64,000 nucleotides of DNA from Ignavibacteriota bacterium (lineage in GTDB: Bacteria > Bacteroidota > Ignavibacteria > UBA10030): assembly GCA_963701295.1 (NCBI GenBank), contig OY969585.1:608001-672000 (forward strand), read 5' to 3'. The translations under genes were made by a program, and so were the position numbers. The notes beneath the pieces are model-generated. The model was not told where the DNA came from, made no database searches, and worked only from the letters and a program-made list of their open reading frames with translations. This document shows, in pieces, positions 40,649 through 49,057 of the stretch (within the stretch, counting starts at the first letter, position 1; each line of letters starts with the position of its first letter).

Positions 40649-41821
40649 TTAGCTCTTCTTTTTCATTGTCCGTTTTATCCAGTTTATGAACCGGTGTTGA
40701 TACCATGCGAGATAATAACAAATCCGCGGTACGAGACGAAAATCTTTTCTTCCAACCATAGCCTCGTACAGCGCTCGGTAAGAACCCGTTGGCTTTTTGT
40801 AAGCCAATACATACCCAACAAACCATTTTCTATTCTTTCTATAGAGATGGAGATCGAAAACGTTCTGATAAAGTTGAAGCTTGCCTAAGATATCCAGCGT
40901 CAACATAGTCCTCAGGCATTTTTCGCACATCGAGCAATTAGCATCCCCATTCACACAGACATTCAAATAACGATATGAAAGTGGAAATGCGACAACAAGC
41001 TTCGTTTTCTCTACTCGCGTATAACAAGTTCCCGTAGAAAAAAAGGTCAGCATTTCCGTCGATACCATAGGCAAGGAGAAAATATCATAGTCGCAAGATA
41101 ATTCGCGAACAAATTGAAAATCCCTAATACTACTGCCTGACGAACAATAGTAAGTCTTAAACAATTTCTGCAAAGCAAGGGCTGCTGAGACATTTGCAAA
41201 TGTGCTTGTAGCGGCAAAGGGTCTTTCCAATATTTCTTCCATATTAGAGTCTACGACTATAAGGGGCAATCCAAGTTCTTGCGCACATTGACGGACACGA
41301 TTGGTCCTTTCTTGAAACAGCTTCTGTGTCTTTTCAGGGTCGGTCCACAATGGGCTATGCCCACCAACGTTGAAAAACGCGCAATGAGTTAATCTATACC
41401 CCTTGGGTTGCCGCTCCGAAAGAAGATCTATAATTGTACTAAAGGAATCGATTCCACACGAAAGACCAGTTCCGACTCCTCCTGCATTCGAAAGAGGTGT
41501 TGAACTCACGGGACAATCGAAAGGAACCACGTGCCACTCTTTAAAAACATACACCATAGCTTTCTGAAGATAATTGGTTATGGTATAATACAAACGCTCC
41601 GATATCGGTACTTCCATCTTCACAGGTAGATTTCGCTTCATCGCATAGAAGAGCAAGGGAAGAATGAAAGCATCACCACGTTCATGACAGAAGTACTGTG
41701 CAAACTCAGGTGTTGTGGAGTACCACATTTCCTTTTTGACATTGTTCACCTCAAACACTGTCTTTAGTTTGACATTGCCATCGATGAGATTCTCAATTTC
41801 AGGCCGGCGTACAACTACCAT
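40649..41821 (-). CDS. Uncharacterised polysaccharide-locus protein with PP-loop-like motif and Cys cluster
   Basis: Motifs DAF, GLSCGIDS, FNVG.H, TRVEK and VC...NCSMCEKCLRT. Confidence 0.7.
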   Translation of the reverse strand: MVVVRRPEIENLIDGNVKLKTVFEVNNVKKEMWYSTTPEFAQYFCHERGDAFILPLLFYAMKRNLPVKMEVPISERLYYTITNYLQKAMVYVFKEWHVVPFDCPVSSTPLSNAGGVGTGLSCGIDSFSTIIDLLSERQPKGYRLTHCAFFNVGGHSPLWTDPEKTQKLFQERTNRVRQCAQELGLPLIVVDSNMEEILERPFAATSTFANVSAALALQKLFKTYYCSSGSSIRDFQFVRELSCDYDIFSLPMVSTEMLTFFSTGTCYTRVEKTKLVVAFPLSYRYLNVCVNGDANCSMCEKCLRTMLTLDILGKLQLYQNVFDLHLYRKNRKWFVGYVLAYKKPTGSYRALYEAMVGRKDFRLVPRICYYLAWYQHRFINWIKRTMKKKS

Positions 41822-41851
41822 CGTAATCCTAGATATTTCCTATTTGGGGAT

Positions 41852-42985
41852 TTATTTAATCTCGTAAGGATATATTTGCTTCCGTTTCTGGAACGACAAT
41901 ATGTGTTCATTTCGGATGATCCCATCATGTATATCAATTGCCCTATGAATTGTGTCATCCCTTTCCCATGATTTCGGACCTCGGGAAATAATATCAAGAA
42001 ACGGTAAAAGAGCTTTCGAAATCTCCCGGGATGCAGCATCCCATAAATATGTCGGAATATGGTCGACCGAGTAATACGAAATTCCGTTCATCAGTGTGAT
42101 AATCGGATCCGCGAATGTCGTCGGTTGTGCGAATGAAAAACCCATACCCTTATCGCAGCTTACATCGATGATAATGGTCCGTGGTTTCAGCGCTTTGATA
42201 GTTGAATCGTCAACGAAAATGAGAGGGCTATCGACATCCTGCAGAACACCATTGCAGATAATGTCTGCTTGCGCGAGTTCATCAATAAGAGGAATTATTT
42301 TACCATCGGGAAGCCGTGCCATAAGAAGCCCTCCCTCATCTATAAAAAAGTTGTTATAGTATACATCCGGATTCTGATCTGCGACCACATGAGACGGCCG
42401 CCGAGTATAGACCTGAATGTTGTTGAACCCTCGTCCTTGGAGAGCATAAATCGCACCTCTGCTGACAGATCCATATCCAAGAATTGCCATCGTTCTTCGC
42501 GGCCCATAATGGCCGTCGATCCCAAGAAGCTGAAGTGTATGAAGTACCGCCGCATATCCGGCTATCTCATTATTTTTATAGAAAATATGCATGAGCTTTT
42601 CACCACCGCTACTCCATTGATGCATCGATTCCCATGAAATCAACGTTAATTTCTGATCAATTGCGGCTTGTGCAATATTCCGTTGCTGTACACAGTGTGT
42701 CCAACCCCAGAGTATTTGATTATTTCTCATCTTTTTCAAATCCTCAATAACCGGCTTCGGCAACACTATGATATCACAGCGTTTAAATAATTCTTCTCTT
42801 TTGAGCATTCCACAACATTTTCCCAAAAAATATTCATTTGGATAACCGAACTCTTCTCCATACTTTTCTTCGAAGATTATGTTATTCCGAATTTCTTCCG
42901 GTATCCAAAGCAAGTGCTCCGGATAAATCGGTACACGTTTCTCATTTTCTTTGAATGAAGTTCTGATAACACCAATTGTTAACAT
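41852..42985 (-). CDS. ceo: N5-(carboxyethyl)ornithine synthase family (AlaDh/PNT superfamily opine synthase)
   Basis: Motifs KENEKRVPIYP, E.KYG..FG, LWGWTHCVQ, FYKNNEIAGY, GYGSVSRGA, IIDVSCD and YYSVDH.PT..W. Confidence 0.82.
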   Translation of the reverse strand: MLTIGVIRTSFKENEKRVPIYPEHLLWIPEEIRNNIIFEEKYGEEFGYPNEYFLGKCCGMLKREELFKRCDIIVLPKPVIEDLKKMRNNQILWGWTHCVQQRNIAQAAIDQKLTLISWESMHQWSSGGEKLMHIFYKNNEIAGYAAVLHTLQLLGIDGHYGPRRTMAILGYGSVSRGAIYALQGRGFNNIQVYTRRPSHVVADQNPDVYYNNFFIDEGGLLMARLPDGKIIPLIDELAQADIICNGVLQDVDSPLIFVDDSTIKALKPRTIIIDVSCDKGMGFSFAQPTTFADPIITLMNGISYYSVDHIPTYLWDAASREISKALLPFLDIISRGPKSWERDDTIHRAIDIHDGIIRNEHILSFQKRKQIYPYEIK

Positions 42986-43051
42986 AAAGACACGGGGAGA
43001 ATGAGTTGAAGAAAGGGCTATGGATAAAGGAAAAAATATAAAAGATTTTTT

Positions 43052-44575
43052 TTACTTCGACATTGTTGTATTCACTCGACGATTTCCGCCGGGGATTTTC
43101 ACAATTTTTCGATATGCTTTTTTGATAATCCCGTTCAAGAACACTCTATCAAATTCCACAAGGAGCTGTCGTCGCTCGTTCCTTCGCAAGCATCTATACA
43201 ACGCATCCAACATCTCTTGATCACCCGATCGCACAGCAAGATCAATACTTTCCCTGAAAAATGATTTTTCGATTTCGTCGGGAATATGACTTTTTCGAAT
43301 TATCCCGGCTGTAGGAAGAGGCGGAAATGGAGCATCGGAAACACCCAGCAATTTCAGAGGAATCATTGTGCGGAGACATTTTTCACACTTACCACAGTTG
43401 ATATTCATGTCTTGGAAACACACCCGTAAATTCGCCAGCGCCGATTCGCTCTCACATATCTTCTCAATTTTCTCTGTCCGTCTCGCCTCACAGCCGTCGT
43501 GAATGATCTCAGGACAATCATTTGACCATAGAGGATCTATCAGGGGATGCGAACCCAGCGGGATCAGCTGAGTATAAGAGAAAGCCGAGGGAACGTAGAC
43601 ACGATGGAATCCAAGAAGAAGCCCAACGCTGGCTAGGACACTTCCTTGTGTGAGAAGTCTACTCAGGTTATAGCGATATCCGAATGGATAATGATTATGT
43701 TCAACCGGGATAAGGGCCTTACCAAAACTCTGAATGAAATGGGTGTTACGCTCGATCGCCATTTTGAATGTCCCAGTGGACTTACTCGATATTTCTTGTG
43801 GACACGCATCCTCCAGCAAGAATCGGTTCAAAACCTTAACGTCTTCTCCTTGAGGATTCTTTTCAAGTAACTGTTTCGTTTGGGGCCGCAGGTTAACCCC
43901 GTTAAAGCGCTGCGATTCGTAGATTACTGGCCCAGCGATCAAAGAATTGAGATCTCTGATTAATGCCGTTTCAACCATACCAGGATCTGAACCGGAGATT
44001 CGATAATTTGATAACGAGTGCAAAGTTGTTTTCGAAAGCATTCCTTGCAGGAACGCGTAGAGTGCGTTCCAGGGCATCATCAGTCTGTAGGCAAATTGCC
44101 CGAGATCACGAATGTCACCAACCGAAAATGCCGGGCCGTCCCCATTGTTTGCATAGAAATCGAATCCATGCATAAAAACCACATGGCTTATTTCTTCCTT
44201 GCGCTTGAGAAAAGTATATTCACTGTCCACACCTCCAGAAAAAAAAGACATACCACCGGCATGAAGCGGCTCAACAGGGGATGTCGTCGCATCGATGGGG
44301 ATTATCTTCAACTCTTCAGGATTCCATGAGTGGAAGATTTCCTGGAGACGGAAAGCATTCTCAAGTAACTTCAGAGAAACCGGCATACTTGCATCAATCT
44401 CAAGCTTCTCGCCCTGTCTCATCGCCGGAAGAAGTGCGGAGGCTAAGAAAGCATCGCCAGATTTCGAAACTGCGTACGATTTGGGTACTCGATACCACAA
44501 TCGATACCCATCCACTTCTGCGGATACTTCTATCGTAGCTGCTTGTTCTTTGATTTCCCTGTTTGCAACGCGCAT
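43052..44575 (-). CDS. Uncharacterised PP-loop/Cys-cluster protein (same family as 40649-41821) with a ~127-aa inserted domain
   Basis: Motifs GDAFL, FFSGGVDS, HGFD, GSHPLIDPLWS, HDG..RTEK and VC...NCGKCEKCLRT. Confidence 0.7.
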   Translation of the reverse strand: MRVANREIKEQAATIEVSAEVDGYRLWYRVPKSYAVSKSGDAFLASALLPAMRQGEKLEIDASMPVSLKLLENAFRLQEIFHSWNPEELKIIPIDATTSPVEPLHAGGMSFFSGGVDSEYTFLKRKEEISHVVFMHGFDFYANNGDGPAFSVGDIRDLGQFAYRLMMPWNALYAFLQGMLSKTTLHSLSNYRISGSDPGMVETALIRDLNSLIAGPVIYESQRFNGVNLRPQTKQLLEKNPQGEDVKVLNRFLLEDACPQEISSKSTGTFKMAIERNTHFIQSFGKALIPVEHNHYPFGYRYNLSRLLTQGSVLASVGLLLGFHRVYVPSAFSYTQLIPLGSHPLIDPLWSNDCPEIIHDGCEARRTEKIEKICESESALANLRVCFQDMNINCGKCEKCLRTMIPLKLLGVSDAPFPPLPTAGIIRKSHIPDEIEKSFFRESIDLAVRSGDQEMLDALYRCLRRNERRQLLVEFDRVFLNGIIKKAYRKIVKIPGGNRRVNTTMSK

Positions 44576-44858
44576 GTTCTCTTTTCGTTCATATGGAAAG
44601 TTGTATATCTGTCAATCGTGCAGTTTTAGATCTACTTCAACATTCGTTTGATTTTGTTTATTGTTCGATGTTGGTACCAGGCATGAGAGTAAGAGAGTCT
44701 TGATTCCATTTTCAAACCATTGTTTCAAAGATTTCTCTATATAATACCATTAACACAGCTGATACGTAAGAGCAAGAGTACCAGCATTCCTATAGAGTCA
44801 GAATGTACCAATGGAATCAATCACCTGAAACAATGAGCACATATAGTATCCTTCTGAA

Positions 44859-45899
44859 TCATGAAATTTCATCTTGTTGACCAAAAAACCTTATATAAAA
44901 TATAAAAGAGGTTAGTACGTACATCCTTTTCTTCATGAGATATACAACACATCGACTAAATATTCGAAGCTTTCCAACAGCTTTATAATCTAAAAATGAT
45001 TCGGATATTATTTTACTATTCCTGATGAGAACCAACTGACGTGTAAAATTATCCACTGGTGAGTTCCAAGCATTGATAAGTAAACTAATAAGAAAATTTT
45101 CAATAACTTTTGCATGCATGGATTGCATTATTTGTGCATCGTATGATTTAATATATTTATAAAATTCACGCCATGACTCAAATGTCGTCGTAAGATGCGC
45201 CAAGTAATCATCTTTATATTTCGCGCGAATTTGACCGTTTCTATTTTCTACATAATGATAAAAATATTCATCTGTGGAATAGATGGATTTTGCATAATAA
45301 AATGAATATAGATTGAAAGTGGTGTCTTCTCCATATTTGATACTCTCATTAAAAAATATTTTATTATCTGTGAACAATTTTCTTCTATAGATATTACGTA
45401 CAACAAAATGGAAATTCTTAGAATCATACGCGGAAGAATGAATGATTGGCACTAAATCATGACGGTACAGGACCTTATTCTTTTCAAAATCTGTGCAGAA
45501 TTTTTCTACTTTACCATTTGGTTTTTCATAATAATGGCCGCAATTAACTATATCAACATTTTTATCTACAGCGATTATATACATCGCTGACAACATATCG
45601 CTTTCTATATAATCATCACTATCAACAAATGCTACATATTCACCTTGAGCGAGTTGCATTCCAAAATTTCTAGCAGAACTGGCTCCGCCATTTATTTTAT
45701 GAAAACTTTTAATACGTGAGTCCAATTTCGCGTATTCATCGCAGATGATCCCGCTTCTATCCGGTGACCCATCATTCACCAAAACAATCTCTATCTCTTT
45801 CAAGGTCTGAATGATTATGCTGTCGATGCACCTATGAAGTGTGTCCTCCGCTTTGTATACCGGCACTATGACGCTCACTTTTATATTCAAGCGTTCCAT
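44859..45899 (-). CDS. GT2 glycosyltransferase (AT-rich)
   Basis: Motifs SVIVPVY, VNDGSPD, NGGASSARN, FVDSDD and GED. Confidence 0.9.
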   Translation of the reverse strand: MERLNIKVSVIVPVYKAEDTLHRCIDSIIIQTLKEIEIVLVNDGSPDRSGIICDEYAKLDSRIKSFHKINGGASSARNFGMQLAQGEYVAFVDSDDYIESDMLSAMYIIAVDKNVDIVNCGHYYEKPNGKVEKFCTDFEKNKVLYRHDLVPIIHSSAYDSKNFHFVVRNIYRRKLFTDNKIFFNESIKYGEDTTFNLYSFYYAKSIYSTDEYFYHYVENRNGQIRAKYKDDYLAHLTTTFESWREFYKYIKSYDAQIMQSMHAKVIENFLISLLINAWNSPVDNFTRQLVLIRNSKIISESFLDYKAVGKLRIFSRCVVYLMKKRMYVLTSFIFYIRFFGQQDEIS

Positions 45900-46103
45900 T
45901 GATAAGCTCCGAGTACGGCCGTCAAAAACACTACGAACAACTGTCTGTCAAAGCGTTAAAAGTGAAACCGAGTTTAAGTTACCTTGTCACGAATGCAAGC
46001 ACGTCAATACAACACTCGTGGTCTAGTGGAATCGCTACCGCAGGGAAGAAATCACCATTTCTATCTACGCTGAAATACTTTACTGCCTAAGGCTCGACAA
46101 ATA

Positions 46104-47603
46104 TTATTTTGCCCGAAATTTCGTTAACAGCGTACTTACACTAAACCCCGATTTTTGTGACAACTGCCTGAGGCAGAGATACGTGACAGGACCCAGAACA
46201 ACAAGATTTATCGCCCAGGTAATAATCGGAATGACATTGAAACTGCAGTTGAGCATCAGGATTACCATAACGGCGGTCGAAAGAAGTACCAACATGAAAA
46301 CGTAGCGATTCCAGGTGGCACCAATCAATCCGTGCATAATGAAGTACATCATCACGGTGTAAGAAAAAAGGACAATCGTAAAAGCGATGCCGGTGCCAGT
46401 AAGCCCCCAGAGCCATGAACAAAAGAAAACAGCAATAACTTGGCCAGCAGCAAGCAACAGTTCAGTAAAAAAATACAACTGGCCTTTACCTTTTGCCAAT
46501 ATCACAAAACCGAGCGGCCAAGAGAAGACCTGACCAAGGACGCCGAAGAGGTTCCAACGGAGGATCGGAATAGCAGCAGTGAACGATTTAGTATAGAAGA
46601 TGCGAATAACCAGAGGTGCGAAGACCATCATTGCAGCCAATGCTGGTAATGCGAGTAGTATTGATATCTCTGCTTGCTCATTAATCATTTGGCGAACTTT
46701 TGTATTGTCACCGGATACGGCAGTCACGCGTGGGTAGTAATCGGTTCCCATAGCGTTAAGCACGAAGCCGACCAGGACTCCGGAGAGGCCGAAGGCAGCA
46801 TGGTAGAGGCCGACACCTTCGAGACTGAACTGACGTACCAGCAAAATCCGAATCAAATATTGCCCTACGGTGGCTACCAGACCCGCGCCCATAAAATTGA
46901 TTCCTAGCGTCAGCAAACGCTGTGCCTCATCGCGGCTGTTGCGCCACGTTAATGCAACTGGCACAATTGGTACACGGCGCGCGAACCACCACGAAGATAC
47001 AAGCGAAGCGATTGCAGAAAGAATAAGACTAGGCACAATCCCTTTCTGTCCCCACAAATAATAACACGGGATACTGATGAGTACGCCATTGACTGTGCCG
47101 ATGACATTGATTTTTGCGATATCGCTAATACGGCGTGTTCCTTGCAAGACACAGCCTTGACCAGATGTGATAGAACTGAGAAGGATAGTAATTCCAAGAA
47201 ATGCAATTGGGAGTGCGTACGTGTCACTGTTAAAAGTGATCCATGATATTGGGATACAAAAGAGAATCATTGCCAGCATCCCGAAGCTGCCGGTCAGCCA
47301 GACTATTCTTCGTAGAGTAATTACCGTACGAGCAATCCGTTCCTCATCGCTTGTACCCACTGACTCAGCGATCTGACGAACGCCGCTACTCCCGAGCCCC
47401 ATCCCTGAAATTCCGCACACCAGTGAGGTGATTTGAGAATATGTTCCTAGTAGACCGACTCCGGCAGGACCGATAAGCATGGCAACAAATTTGGTGCGCA
47501 CCATCGCGATCAGAATTTTGATGAACGATGCCCCACCAATTAACGAAGTCGATTTCAGTATGTTACGGTAGCTACTGCTGTCGTGTTTACTCTCAAGAGA
47601 CAC
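46104..47603 (-). CDS. wzx: Wzx flippase (O-antigen translocase), copy 1
   Basis: Polytopic membrane protein with RTKFVA..IGP.GVG, GLGSSGVRQIA, MGTDYYPR and SWPLGF.ILAKG. GTG start follows AGGAG. Confidence 0.9.
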   Translation of the reverse strand: MSLESKHDSSSYRNILKSTSLIGGASFIKILIAMVRTKFVAMLIGPAGVGLLGTYSQITSLVCGISGMGLGSSGVRQIAESVGTSDEERIARTVITLRRIVWLTGSFGMLAMILFCIPISWITFNSDTYALPIAFLGITILLSSITSGQGCVLQGTRRISDIAKINVIGTVNGVLISIPCYYLWGQKGIVPSLILSAIASLVSSWWFARRVPIVPVALTWRNSRDEAQRLLTLGINFMGAGLVATVGQYLIRILLVRQFSLEGVGLYHAAFGLSGVLVGFVLNAMGTDYYPRVTAVSGDNTKVRQMINEQAEISILLALPALAAMMVFAPLVIRIFYTKSFTAAIPILRWNLFGVLGQVFSWPLGFVILAKGKGQLYFFTELLLAAGQVIAVFFCSWLWGLTGTGIAFTIVLFSYTVMMYFIMHGLIGATWNRYVFMLVLLSTAVMVILMLNCSFNVIPIITWAINLVVLGPVTYLCLRQLSQKSGFSVSTLLTKFRAK

Positions 47604-47672
47604 TAAAATTCTTTACTCCTGTTGTTTTGATGAGCGATTATTGCGCACCTTTCTTTGCGATCCGTTTTTTCT

Positions 47673-48015
47673 TCATTCTTGCTTCGTATGAGCCGTTGAT
47701 AACCTATTACTTTCTATATAATCATCACTATCAACAAATGCTGTATGTTCACCTTGAGCATGTCTCATCCCGATGTTCCTGGCAGAACTGGCTCCACCAT
47801 TATTTTTTGTGATGACTTTTAATCCGTGAATCCAATTTTTCATATTCATCACAAATATCACCACTACGATCAGACGAACCATCATCCACCAAGATAATTT
47901 CAGTATCATTCAACGTCTGACCGACAAGACTATCAATACACTTACGAATCCCAGCCTCCACGTTATGAACAGAAACAACAATACTAACTTTTGGCGACAT
48001 ATTTCCGTGATCCAT
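47673..48015 (-). pseudogene. Frameshifted, truncated GT2 glycosyltransferase
   Basis: KVSIVVSVHNVE...LVDDGSSDRSG in one frame continues as NGGASSARN...FVDSDDYIES in another frame, then stops after ~110 codons in total. Confidence 0.85.
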
Positions 48016-48051
48016 AATTGATTCTTAATTTGTAGACTGAAGTAAAACCGC

Positions 48052-48978
48052 TCATCGTAGGTTGTCGATCGTGATTTTGAGGTATAGAACCTTCTCTCGA
48101 AAAGAAAAAAGTTTCGACGGAAGAATATTACACATGTAATAAACAGTTTTGTGACGACCTGAATAAAAACGGAATATTATTATTGTTCTGGTAAGTGTGT
48201 TTCTTAATATTCTTTCTACGCGGTTTTTTATCGTAACAAGACCATCATCCCTGGCAAGAGCAATCATAAAATCTCTTGAATTTTGTCTATACATACTATA
48301 AAACATGGCCAATTTTGGTATTGTCGAGAGGGAGGTTTCGTTTTTCCTGTAGTACACTCCTACCGAATGATGGCGATATACTGATCCGATAAGCAAAGAA
48401 CGGAAAACCAGAGGAGCATCCTCTGCTTGGCACCAAGACGGAAGTGGTCCAAAGTATTCGAATATTTTTTTTCTATAGGCCATTGCGGAACCATGGATGG
48501 GCTGCTTATTCCTGTTGCCATAATCCTCTAATTTATATTTGCCTTCGATCTTCTTGTCATTTTTTTTGGGCAAGATATTGCCTTTAATATCTATACTTAT
48601 GTGCTGCATGCTTACTGCCAATATATTCTGGTTCTTCGAAAATATCTCCCACGTTTCTTTAGTGCGATCCGATAGAGAGATATCATCTCCCGCTGCAACA
48701 ACAACGATCTCAGCAGTAGCTATTTTAAATACCTTGTTTATATGAGCACACAATCCGAGATTTGGCTCATTACGGTTGAGAATGATTGTATGTGGCCCTT
48801 CATACTCATCCGCCATTCGAGACATGATCTCGTAAGTTCGATCAGAAGAACCGTCGTCAGAGAGGATGATCTCGAGCGGTGAATAAGTCTGTGACAGGGC
48901 ACCCCGTACGGCCTCTTCGATGAATTGTTCCTGATTGTAGGCAAAGAGGGCAAATGTGATGAGTGGTCGTTCTTTCAT
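48052..48978 (-). CDS. GT2 glycosyltransferase
   Basis: Motifs FAYNQE, SDDGSSD, NLGL..H.N, AAGDDIS, AED and YYR. Confidence 0.9.
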   Translation of the reverse strand: MKERPLITFALFAYNQEQFIEEAVRGALSQTYSPLEIILSDDGSSDRTYEIMSRMADEYEGPHTIILNRNEPNLGLCAHINKVFKIATAEIVVVAAGDDISLSDRTKETWEIFSKNQNILAVSMQHISIDIKGNILPKKNDKKIEGKYKLEDYGNRNKQPIHGSAMAYRKKIFEYFGPLPSWCQAEDAPLVFRSLLIGSVYRHHSVGVYYRKNETSLSTIPKLAMFYSMYRQNSRDFMIALARDDGLVTIKNRVERILRNTLTRTIIIFRFYSGRHKTVYYMCNILPSKLFSFREKVLYLKITIDNLR

Positions 48979-49057
48979 AATGTATCAATTCCTTGACCCG
49001 GCGATACGCCTGTCGATTAGTAATTCAAACATCGTTGCTTGAGGCTCAATTGACACA

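Noticed and set aside
44627-44800. Possible acyltransferase-3 remnant (WYYIEKSLKQW on the minus strand)
   Set aside because: Only one short motif, preceded by a stop codon. Too little to call a pseudogene.
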